DNA of 64,000 nt, taken from contig CDMY01001040.1 in the NCBI GenBank assembly GCA_001179505.1, forward strand, positions 62,001-126,000, given 5' to 3'. The DNA is from Vitrella brassicaformis CCMP3155 (taxonomy: Eukaryota > Protista > Chromerida). Below are positions 36,634-48,470 of the stretch, one piece after another; positions within the stretch are counted from its first letter, which is position 1; every line of letters begins with the position of its first letter. The translations under genes were made by a program, and so were the position numbers. The notes below the pieces were generated by a model. The model made no database searches, was not told the origin of the DNA, and worked only from the letters and a program-made list of their open reading frames with translations.

Positions 36634-37204
36634 CGAGTGAGTCCTTCGGGGGCGCCGGGGCGTGTTGTGTTGGCGTGCGTGAGTGTCTTGTATTGTGGGT
36701 GAGGGGTTGACGGGGTGGTGGAGGTGTTGACGTACACAATGCATTCATTCGCTGATTGGTTCGTTCATCAAACGTGGGCATGGGCCATGCATGGATGGTC
36801 AATGCCCCGTCTCTCTCACACACTCACACACACAGGCAGCTTGCTAGGCTCGGCATTGAAAAACCCAAACCCAGCCGACTCAATTCCACCCCTTCCACCC
36901 ACCCACGAGACGCCACACCCATACACACACTGACTGACTCGCTCTACCTGCCTATGGCCGACAACCTCTCTCTCTATGTCCCGTCCTCCCATCCATCCAT
37001 CTCTCGAGAGACGGGAGGACGGACGCTTAAACGGTACGGCAACGGGGTATGGTACACACACTAGGCCAGCCAGCAGCACCCGCATCCCATTTGCCCACAG
37101 AGAGACGCTGCCCACGGCCCGGCCCACGTCTTGCCCTTTTGCAGCCAGATTTCAGCCAGCCAGAGGGCGAGGGCGAGGGTCAGGGTCACACACAGTCCCC
37201 TCAT

Positions 37205-40200
37205 TCAGGCAAAGTAGGAGGGTCGTCCCTTGTATGCGTCGAGTATGTCGAGCTGGGTCTCGGTGAACTTGGGTGCGTGCAGCTGCTTCCATGCGTCCTG
37301 GTGGGTGCGGAAGAACTCCTGCAGGCTCTTCTGCACCTCCTTCCGGATCATCTCGGGCGCCTTCGAGTGGCCGTAACGAGCCTGACAAACGATGGTCCAT
37401 CCACCCACATCACACAGACGGGAGTGGAAGTGGTATGGTGTGCGTGTCCGTCTTCGTTGTCTGTGTTGTGTTGGCGTGGTTTGCTGACAAGTGTGGTGAT
37501 GGTGTCGGGTAGCCAGTCGGGGACATGGTAGGGGACGGCCTGGACGATGGCCGCCAGACCCAACACGCCCGCCTGCATCGCAGCTGGCTCGCTCGTGCCC
37601 TACACACAGATACACAGAGAGAAAAATATGTCTGTGTAGAGAGAGAGAGAGAGAGAGATGGTGGGTTTGGTTTGTTTGCTCACATTGGGGTTCTTGGTGG
37701 AGGGGGGCGGGCCGGCCAGCTTGACAAACACCTACAGGCAGCCAGCCAGACAAGGCAGACACAGGCACAACAGTGATGTGATGGCCGCTTGGCTTGGTGG
37801 TGTGTGTGTGTGTGTGTGTCTACGTTAGTGAAGTGTTTGATCTCGTGGCTGTTGCAGGTCATGAAGAGAGACGACAGCGCCTCCTTGGCCGCCTGACGAA
37901 CCTGATGGATGGACACAATAGATAGATCAGACAATGGATGGATGATGGGTCACACCGCACACACCGATCCAATGAGACACATACACACAGAAAGGGGGGT
38001 TGCGCGTGTGTCTGCCTGCCCTGCGCACATACGTCAGCTTGTGAGTCCTGCAGCGATGCGATTGTGATGTCGATCAGCTCCGAATACTCCGACGTCGAGT
38101 ACAGCACCATCCGACAACCACTCGCCAACGTCTGACACACACCGCACCGCTGTGGCTGGGCTGTGCTGTGCTGTGCTGCGGTCGCATCGCATCGCAAAGC
38201 ATCGCACCTCAATGAATCGGATAAGTGCGATCCTGACTTTTCTGGACCCGCTATCGAGGTGCGCCTTGAGGTGCTCCAGCACACCGGGCCGCAGCCGGGC
38301 GATGGGCACCTGGGCCGCACGGGGGTCCGTCTCAGCCATCTTGATGTGCAGCCGGGACACTGCACGCACACGCACAGGCACACGCACACGCGGTGGGTGG
38401 AAAGGTGGTGGGAGGGTCGGCTCCGCGGGGGGTGTGTGTGTATGGTGGGGAGGGAGTGTGAAATGTGAAATGTCTTGTCACTTATTTACTTGCGAGTAGT
38501 GAGAGTGTGTTGTTTGAGAGGGTGGAGACGTCGGTGTCGGGGTGCTTGCACCCGGCAAAGAAGAACGGCATACACTGAATGAACGAAACGACACACAGCC
38601 AGGGCAGGGCAGGGCAGGCACACACCACACCGACAGGCGAGTGGGACAAGTCAGGGGGGCGGGGCGCGCTGTTGTGTGATTGCGTACTGACTTTAATGGC
38701 AGCGGGTGTGGCGAATCTCTGGTCGTGGGCCGCCAGGGACCACACAAACTGATACAACACGCACTCAGACGCTGAGCAATCGACGACACACACAGACACA
38801 CACACAGACACTCAAGGAGTGAGCAGACGGCGAGTGGAGTGGTGTTGCTGCCGGGTGGCCTGGGTTAGGTTACCCACCGCAGAGGGGCGATGGCCGGCTC
38901 TCCCCGACTTGACGGTCTGAACGAAACCACACACAAGCGATGGATGCGACGCATGCATGGCATGAGTGTCTGTCTGTCTGTGTCTTGCTTGGTGTGTCCT
39001 GTCCGCCCCTCCATGGCACTCACCGTGAGCAGAGGTGCTGTCCGTCTCCAGGAATTGCTACACACACACACACAGAAAGAGAGAGAAATGGGTTCCTCTG
39101 TGTCCGTCCGTCTGAATAATCAATGACTACTACTTGGTGTGTAGCTGCCTACCGTGATGTCGCTGGCCTGGTCGACCAGGAACTGCGTCAGCCCCTCTGA
39201 CCAAATTCATAAGACAGACAGATGCGGGAGAGGAGACGCCGTGTCCGGTGTAAGGTGTGTGGTGTGTGTCGCTTGGCAAGACTGACTGACTGACATACCG
39301 CCGATGGGTCTGACGTCTTTGGGTGCGGTGGCCGACAGCGTGACGCCCTGGATGAAATACAGCACACGCGCCACCTCCTCACGCACCTGCACAACACAAC
39401 ACAACCACACACGCTCGGAAACATGTTGGCACACGTGTGTTGTGTGCTTATTGACAGATTGATTGCGTGCACACCTGTTTGTAGGGGTGTGCGAATGCGG
39501 TCTTGACAGGGTCTATGACGGTGGTGAGGAGGTCCGGGAGGGCCCAGTAGGTCTCCAGCAACAGCGCCTCGTACAGCTTCAGACGCTTGTAGTGCTCAAA
39601 GGTCGACGTACCCGCACCCCCGTCCTCACCCTGCAGCGGAGCCAACGTCTGGTGGACGCAACACAACACAAACAACACAACACCATCACACAAACCGACA
39701 CACCAATGAACGAACGTCGTTCGGTCCCTCCCTCCCCCCGGTGTGCTGACGACGCACACACACACACACACACGGCACCTGCCTTGCCTGGATTTGAGTG
39801 CTGTTTGGCTCCTTCTCGAGGTCGAGGATCATGTTGAAGAGCGGCCAGAAGGGCAGCGAGCCCTCCCTGTCGGTCACCTTCTGCACCGCATACCGCATCG
39901 CGTCACTCAGGTGAGGCACGCGCTCGCGGTTCGCGGCGTGGAACTCCAACACCTGAACACACCACACCACACCACACCACACGGACAAGGGAAGGGTGTA
40001 ATGTATCGTGAGTGGAGAGTTCCTGTGTGTGGTGCACATGTGTTCTGTCCTACAAAGTGCGGGTAGATGACGGTCCAGAGCTTCTCCCTGTCCTCCGGCG
40101 CCCACTTGCGGCTCGCACGCACCACGCCCGAGAAGACCTCCGTGAAGGCCACGTGCGGCTCCTGCTCGGTGGCTGGCTGGGACGTCAGCTCCTCCAACAT

Positions 40201-43200
40201 CTCACCCAACGGGCCATCTAGGAAGAACACCCTACACACACACACACACACACACGGGGGAATAAGACGAGCAAGCAGAATGGATGGCTCGGCAGGGTGT
40301 GGGTCTTTCCTATCCTCTCAGTGAGTGCACCCCTCACCGACCTCTCGGTGTCGCCTTTGATTGCGTCCCTGGTTCGGTAGAGCAGCTGGAAGAGGGTCTG
40401 CCAGAAGAGGACGTTGTGCAGCGAGAAGGCCCCGCTGGTGCGGCCGCTGCGGAAGATGGGCCAGGTGATGTCGATCCGGATGACGTCGACGACGACGTGC
40501 TGAGCGATCTCGCTGTCAGGCCCGCCCTGATGGTTGAGGCTCTGGTGGTGCACCGCCGTCAGAGACTTGAGAAACTGCTGCAAGGTCGCCTTGGAGTGCA
40601 GCTCACGGACCACTGAGGGCGGGATGCACTCGGGCCTGTCCCCCCACACAGAGGGAGAGAGAGATGGGACAAGAATGCCGACAGCTCTCGTCTTCGGAAC
40701 TCACTGTTTCTTTAGGTGTGCGAGTGCCATGGTTAGGCCGTGTGCGGCGACGGTGTTGAGCATGATGGAGAAGGTGCTGACGTCGAGCGCCCGGATGAGC
40801 CACAAGAGGTAGGGCTCCAGGGCCGTCGTTGAGGGTGGCGAGTTGAGTGCCACCATGCCGCAGGTGGCCAGGAGGGAGTACCGCCATGGGAGTGTCTTGG
40901 CGCTGCTCTCGCTGCCGCTCAGGTCCGCCAGCAGGGGCACTATCACACCCTGACAGTTTGGTTTGGTTGATACAGAGATACCCACACAGACACAGACACA
41001 TATGGGGTGTTGACTGGCACGGAGGATGGTTTGGCGAGTTGTTGGTGTGTGTTATGTGTGTTGTGTGTGTGACCCACCTTGACGATTTTGTCGTCGTAGT
41101 AATCGTCTTTCCTGAGCTGCTCTCTGTAAGCGAGGAACGAGTAGAAGACCGACAGCAGCCTCGCCTGCACCGTGTCGCGGTCGATCTGACGCTTGAAGCA
41201 CTGCACCAGACTCAAGAAAGCCGCCTTCACCGTCTTGGGGCTGTTCCACAATCGACTGACATGACCACACACGTACAAACACAAAGACAGACACATACAA
41301 ACACAGCAAAACATACATGTTTCCACCAATTTGCCTCTCTGCCCCCGGCTCACTCAGCCAGCTGACATAACATACATACCGCTGCATTGACGCGCCGCTG
41401 AGTGAGAACGCGATGCCGCTCATCCGGGCGTTGCGGAGGTCGTCAGCGTCCCCCTCGCCACCCTCTTTCCTCTTCTCGTGCTGACCCCTCTCGCGAGCCA
41501 TCTCGGGGCTACCCACAGTAGCCCCGCCCATCGGCCCATCAGGACTACCAGGCGGCCGCGACGCCACCGCCACCTCCACACCTGCACTAGCCGCCAGCTC
41601 CTGAATCGCGCCGGGCGACAGGCCGCCCACCTCGCCGCCCCCGGCCGCCAGCTGCTGCAGCATTGCTATCTCGGCGGCGCTGGCGCCGCCGGCAGCCGCG
41701 GCCTCCTTGGCCAATCTGGCGAGGGCCTCGGGGGGCACCTTGACGCTCGGCAGTGCCTCGGCTGGGGAGAGGGGCGGGGAGGGGGAGGCGTCGGCCAGGG
41801 CGGCGCTCTTGCACTGCGCATCGAGCTCCCGGAGGAAAGCGAAGATGAGTTTGGTGCGTGCGCCGTAGTGGCATGCGCATGCGTCGCGGAGGACGTCTTG
41901 GGCGAATTTGCGGACTTGGGCGTAGTAGTACATGGAGAGGTTGGCGACGAGTGTCAGGAGGTAGCGTCGTATGCCGGTGAAGGGGTGGCCCTTACGGCGG
42001 ATCTCCACACGGTCGAGCATCTTGCTCTCGATCTTGTGCTTCCAGTAAGAGCGCGGGTAGTCCTGCCAACCGCCATACACGTGAATACCTAGGTACACAG
42101 ACACACAATGCACTCCACACGCATACACACGTGTGTTGTCTTCCCATTCCCCTGTGTGTCTGTCTGTCTAAGTGTGTGGCCTGCCTACCATCGTTGGGCG
42201 ACTGGTATGCCGACGAGTAGAGGCTGGCGATGGTCCGGACAGCGTTAGATCCCGAGTAGATGCGCACAAGCAGCGTGTCGCAGAGCCGCAGGATCTTCTT
42301 CATGATCTGCGGCTCCTCCACGCCAGAGACCACACTGGCGGGCCTGAAGGTGCAGGCGATTCGGTGGGGCTCGACCTCGATGCCCAGCATGTGCTGCGCC
42401 ACACGGAGGGCCAGGCTGCCCGCACGGCTGTAGAAGTCAACAAACAGACAGACAGACAGACAGAGAGGGATGTTTGACCCGGTGCGTGAGAGTTAGTGGT
42501 CAGTCAGGTGACTTGACGTCCTTACCTCATGAGTTGTGGTCCGAGTGTGTTTGGCGCATTGATGACGATGGGGCTCTGGAACTTGCCGCCCTCGTTGGTG
42601 CGCTCATCCGGATAGGCACACTGACACAAACAAACACAGCGAGACAGACAGACAGACAGACCACAAGAAGGTGCCGCTGCCAAGCCCGTGTGTGTCTGTG
42701 TGCTTGCTCTCTCTGCCTACCGTGACGCCCTTGACCACGTCCCTCAGCAGCTTGAGCGCCCGACACGCCAACAGGTAGGATGACGTCCTCCGCAGCTCAG
42801 TCGGCAGCCCGGGCGACCCGGGGAAGTCCTCAATCAGCACATCGTCATCGCCACTCGCCGCGAGGCCGTTCTGCATCGGCTGCTCGGGGGAGGGTGAGGT
42901 GGTGTTGTTGTTCATGTCGGCGTCATCGATGCCCTCAGTGGTGCTCTGGCCAGCCGACTCCCTGTCGGCCAGGTGGTAGGCCTCGATGGGCAGGACGCCG
43001 TTGAGGAAACAACCCACACGCTCGAAGGCCATCGATACCAGAGACCTGTGCAGTGCAAGGAGACGTGACCATGGGGGCTCGTTAAGTTAAGAGGGTGTGT
43101 TGTGTTGTGTTGTGTTGTGTGTCACTCGAGTGGTGTGTGTGCTGTGCTTACTGGCCCCATTCGATCTCTTCCTGCGAGGGTGCGTGCCAGCTGGTCTCGT

Positions 43201-46200
43201 GTGAGGCAGGCAGTTGCCACCACGGCTCGCCCCACCTGACACACAACGGAGGGGAGGGGGTGACTGCAGAATAATGGTGGTAGGCGTCGGTTGCTCTGCT
43301 CACTTACGTGAGCAGATGCAGTGATCGTTTCTTGGGGTCGTCCCAGGCTGCGTCGGGCATTGCGCGGCAGTCGTTGCTGTAGAAGGTGAGCGACGACTCG
43401 AGGCAGCGGCGCATGAGTTTAGACCCCCAGCGGAAGACGGTCTTCTTCTCGTGACGCCAACACGCCAGCATCACATCCTGCAGCTTCTCGCGGTGACCAT
43501 ACGTCGCCATACCGCCCCTGACAGACAACACCAACACACACACACACGCACACACACACACACACATGCGTGTGCCATCCACCCCTTCCCTCCCTCCCGC
43601 AGGCCTCTCCGCTCCGTCCTCCCGTGACCCGACCCCCCCAGCTGACCTCCTGACGACGTTGGCGAGGCAGGTCATGTACCAGGATATGTCGGTCTCCTGC
43701 ATCGACCCCTTGAGCTGCACCACATCGCCCTCCTCCTCACCCCAGCCCTCAACCACGGGCGTCGCGGGAGTCGCTGGCTGGGACCTGCCGCCAGTCGGCT
43801 TGGGCGGCGGGCCTCGAGTGATGAGCCGCTTGTAGACCCTGGGGACGAGCACGTCGGTGGCGGTGGCTGCGTCGGCTCGCGCGAAGCACTGCGTCATCAT
43901 GGCCATGTGCTTGGCGCAGTCGGGGAGCATGTTGCCTTCGATCCAGTCTGCGAAGTTGGTGCAGAGGCGGTGGATGGTGGGCTGGTCGCTCTGGGTCAGC
44001 ACCTGCTCCACCGACTTGCCCACCACCAGCCCCACAGTCTTCTCGATCGTACCCATCAAAGACACCGTCGTCTCCTACAAACACACACACACACACACAC
44101 ACGCGCACACAGCGATGGATGCCCGCGTGGTGTGGTGGGTCGTGCGTGTGTCTCACTCACTGACTGACCTCAGGCTTTGAGGCGGTGGAGACCCATCTGA
44201 GTATGGCGTCGAAGTACTGGTCGACCCAGTCGGGTATGAGCGACGTCACCATCCGCCGCTGGCTGATCTTTTCCTTGGAGGCCTCCATGGCTGCATCGCC
44301 GACAGTGGCTGACTCGGGCCGCGCCGCGCCCGGGTAGTTCTGGAAGGATGGGAACTCGCCGATGGGAATCAGATCGGCACGGGGGGACGACGCTCGCAGG
44401 TCTGTCAGGGACGGGCTGGCGTTGCCGGGGTAACGGCTCGCTGCGTAGCCCTGGGTGGTTTGATTGGTGCACAGGACACACACCACACAGAGAGATGGTC
44501 ATGATGAGGGGGAGGGTGTGGTCTGGTCTGGTCTGTCTCCGTGCCGTGTGTGTCGACTGACTGACTGACCTTGGAGTATTCCTGTAGCTCAGTGTCGTCG
44601 AGCTCGGGAGTCTCCGATAGGTCGCAGCAGGGCATGTGTGAGAATAGGACGGTGAAGAAGCCCAGCGTGGCGAGGGTCTTCATGGGGTCGGCGGGCTCGA
44701 TGCCCGGCAGAGTCAGCGAGAGGACGTCCGGCAGCAGCCCCGGCTGGTGCTTGATGATCAGCGGCGATATCCTCGTCAGCAAAGTCATCGTGCTCAGCAC
44801 CTGGTGGCTCTCCGTCACCGTCTCCAACGACGGTAGGAGCCTGCAGTCAGTGCACACACACAAACACAAGCCCAGCCAGCCACACAACCGAACGATCCTC
44901 AGACAGATTCGTTCCCCTCTCTCTGTTGCTTGCTTCTTCAACAAGCCGCCCGCCCGGACCTGACCTCTGCAGTGTGCTCTCGAGAATGTACTCGGGCAGG
45001 AGGAAGCAGAGCCTCCTGAGGGCGTCCTCATATCCGTGGGAGGCCCCCTGGCTCTTGGCGAAGAGCCCCTGGAAGATCATGGGCAGGAACATGTCGGCGA
45101 TCTTTTTGTCCTCGGCCTCCCCCAGCCGCAGGTCCTCCACCACCCTCCCTGTGTCGTCCACCCGCCGACCCACGCACTCCCGCACGCACCCCGGGCCCAT
45201 CCGCTCGCGCGCCACACGGCGGCAGTAGGCGGCCAAAAACTGCGAGACGAGTCCCGCGATGAGAACGGCCCATCTGCCGTTGTTGGAGGGGTGGGTGTAG
45301 GGGAACACGGCGTCGACGATGGCCTCCATGAAACACAGAACCGACGGAAAGGGGGGGAGGGTGGGGGAGTCGGTGTCTGTGGCTGGGGCTGTGGCCGTGG
45401 CGGGTGCAGGGTGGGTGTGTTGGGCCTGGTATTTGTCAACCTTGGCCTGTGCTGAGACGATGGGCTCGACGATGAGTGCGAGGAACTTGGTGATTTTGCC
45501 CTGGTTGGTCTTGTCCTGCAGCTCCTTGTACTCGGCAGGCACCTGACAACACAATACAATACATCCACACACACACACTCATGGATTGGGATTGGATTTA
45601 GGCACCGACTGACACCTTCCTTCCTCTCTGAGTGACCATATCGATGGCTGTTAGTTAGTTATCTGACTGACCGATTCGCTTTGCATCCTCGGCCCCTTGA
45701 CGCGCTGCAGGGGTATGTTGAGGTGCCGCAGGAGCGCATTGAAGATCTGCGGCAGGTACGGCCGCACGTCGTCCGTGATGGGCCGGCCCGTCGCCCAGCC
45801 CGTCTTGGCCGCGCGGTACAGCGCCGCGAACCACAGATTGTCCCACGACGCACACAGCTGGCCGTCAACGTGCTTCCACCTGCACCAGACCGGACCCACA
45901 CAGAGAGACAGACGCGTGTGCACCCCACCGTATAATGAATGTTGGCTCTCCTCTCTTCTCTGACTGTCCTACCGACCATGTGAGTATTTTTCCTTGGTAG
46001 AAGAGGGTGTGGAATTTGGTGGAGGGCAGGAAGAGCATGAGCATGCGGAAGTGCATGTAGAGGCGGTGGGTGCGGGGGTCCACCTGCGGCTCCATCACCT
46101 CCACAAACTCACCCCCCACCACGTCGGCGTCCCAGAACATCCGGCACGACGCAGCCAGCTTTGCCAGCATCGATATATTCGACTTGCGACGGGAACAACC

Positions 46201-46977
46201 TGTGGGATGGGCAGGTGTGACGTGACGGGAGTGACACCACCACACACACCAAACACAACCAAAGCCAGAGGCCTCCACGCATTCTCTCTCTCCGCCCGTG
46301 TGGTGTGTGCGGCTGCGCTGCTTACTTGTGCCGGTGGTTGATCGCAGTGATCGTTGGAAGTCGCTGAGGATCATGTCGTAGAGTGTCCGCCAGTGGTCCG
46401 TCAGCGCCTTGCGCAGGGGCTCGAGCGCCTCGGTGGGCACGAGCGAAGACCGTGCGTCAGGTCGCATCCATATGAGCTGGTGGTGGCGGATGTGGATCGA
46501 CTGCAGCACCGACTGCAGGCTGTCGGCCACACGGTTCACTTCCGCACACGTCAGACGCGGGTTCCGGATCTAGAAGTGTCAGGCAATCGACCACACAAGA
46601 CAAGACACACGCAGACCGCAGACAGACCACAGACAAACAATCAGTCCGATCTGATCTGCCGACACATTGATTGATTGCAGCGGTGTCAGTCAGTTCAGTG
46701 ACTGTCAGTCAGTCCCTACCAGTTCCCAGAGCCTGAGAGCGAGATCGACCCGCACTTGGCATGGTGTGTAGGTGTCATAGTGGTGGTCCTCGAGCTGCGT
46801 GACGCAGCGGATCATGAACATGAACTTGCCATGGTCCCGCAGCAGCAGGGGGATGTCGTCCAGCAGCCCGAAGATGGTGGCGTGCAGGTCCTCCGTCTCA
46901 CGCTTGACCGACTCGCCAAAGGGGGACGGCAGGTGCTGGTCGGGGTCACCAATCCAGTCGAAATGATCCAGCGACAT
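37205..46977 (-). CDS. PSME4: Proteasome activator PA200/Blm10 (PSME4), with dozens of short exons
   Basis: Motifs LPGIEPADPMKTLATLGFF, AIVDAVFPYTHPSNNGRW, FDLVEPQVDP-like region, VPYHVPDWLP and KSLQEFFRTHQDAWK, with C-terminal RPSYFA*. The first exon starts MSLDHFDWIGD at 46977. Confidence 0.95.
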
Positions 46978-47386
46978 GATAGCGGGGGCAGGAAGGTCTC
47001 TCCGATGAGGCGGTCTTCAGCAATACACTCGACGCTGCATCAGCCGTCCGGCAGACAGCACATGCGACTCGACCAGTGACAATGGCCGCGGCTTGCTTCC
47101 GATCAGCAGTAGCACGATAATCAATGCTGGCGGCTCTGAGCCGACAATGCAGCAGGGGCTGGACAACGGCGTCAGCTGCTGTGTTTCAGTCCGGTCTCAT
47201 CCTTCACATGGAACCCTAGCGGCGCAGATCAGATGCAGTCGAAAACACCACAAGGCTGACGGAGCGGCGATCTCAGCAAACAAAGCAACACTATCTCCGG
47301 CGCATCTCCATTTGGAAGGGAAAGAGCCGGCGAGCTCAAGCATCTGCGAGCTAAGCCCAAAGCCGCACCCCTCTCCTGTGTTTGTC
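46978..47386. promoter_or_regulatory. Putative bidirectional promoter between PSME4 (-) and the small signal-peptide gene (+)
   Basis: Divergent ATGs about 410 bp apart; microsatellite-free. Confidence 0.45.
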
Positions 47387-47827
47387 ATGAAGATGGGTCC
47401 GCTCAGGTCCCCAGCGCTGCCCTTCCTCATCTGCATCGTCTTTGTCCGTGGATCTCTTGCTTATCTGGTGCTTCCCCCCGACGCTGCCCTCACCAGGACG
47501 GCTGCTGCAATGCCTATACGACAAGCATCACTCGAGAGGCTCCCTCCTGCTCTGCAACAGTCGGGCTCCTTCCAGCTGGCAGATCTATCGCTCACTGGCA
47601 CCCTGCAAATGGCCAAAGATGACATTGCGAAGGACAGCCAGATGCAGACGAAAAAGGAGCTGACGAAGCAAATCGACAACAGCAAGATCGGCAGCAAGCT
47701 GGCTGCACGGCTGGCAGCGTCTGAGAAGAAAGAGGCGGCGGAGCAGGCCGGCAAGCCAAAAGAGGGCGAGGTGATCAGCTCAAGGACAGGGAAACCGAAG
47801 AAAGTCAAGGTTGGAGAGTTCTACTGA
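47387..47827 (+). CDS. Small intronless protein with signal peptide and transit-like leader followed by a Lys-rich ~70-aa putative mature part
   Basis: MKMGPLRSPALPFLICIVFVRGSLAYLVLPP... is a hydrophobic leader. A spacer ends at TGTLQ|MAKDDIAKDSQ...KPKKVKVGEFY*. Codon-like sequence without microsatellites. Confidence 0.65.
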   Translation: MKMGPLRSPALPFLICIVFVRGSLAYLVLPPDAALTRTAAAMPIRQASLERLPPALQQSGSFQLADLSLTGTLQMAKDDIAKDSQMQTKKELTKQIDNSKIGSKLAARLAASEKKEAAEQAGKPKEGEVISSRTGKPKKVKVGEFY

Positions 47828-48470
47828 CGTGACGCCACGGCTGCCCGGATGGGATATGGATTCATGAGCATCAATGACGAGAGAGGCGGACGGACGGACG
47901 GACGGATGGATGCAGTGAGTGCAGGAAGGTGGATTGACGACGGACTGCGTGTTCTGTTCCATGCATGGCATGATGCCATCCCTGTCTGTACAGGACATGT
48001 ATGGATGCGATGCGATGCATAGTCTGCGTTCATCCATCCATGCATCCGTGCGTACGTGAGGGCGGTATCTGTATAGCCAGCCAGCCAGTGAGGTGAGGTG
48101 CGATGGATGGATCGACGGACGGACGGATGCGTGTGTGTGGTCAGATGTGCTTTCTTCATGCGTGTGCAGACTGATTGACTGTGGCGTGCGTGGCATGATG
48201 TGTCGCGTACGTGCGGTCGCCTGAATGCGTCAGGCAAGATAAGATGATAGTACGCCATCGATGTAAGTAAGCCTTTCGCTCCCAGCCCGCCCCGGGCCGC
48301 ATACATGAACCAGCCAGCCAGCGTCATTCACACACACCGCCCGTCCCCCTCTCCCTGTACATACGAAAAACTGCCTGCCTGCCTGCCCCCTCTACACACC
48401 ACCACCACCATCATCATCGCTATCACCTGGCTGTGTACCGTACCACGAGCACCTTTCCCGCCGGTGTTAG

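Noticed and set aside
47093-47386. Upstream extension of ORF 47093-47827
   Set aside because: It starts at TTG and lies within the divergent promoter region; the ATG at 47387 gives a clean signal peptide.
890-48000. Scattered (T)GCATGC(A) motifs resembling an ApiAP2 binding site
   Set aside because: They occur in introns and convergent spacers as often as upstream of genes, and I cannot show enrichment without counting.
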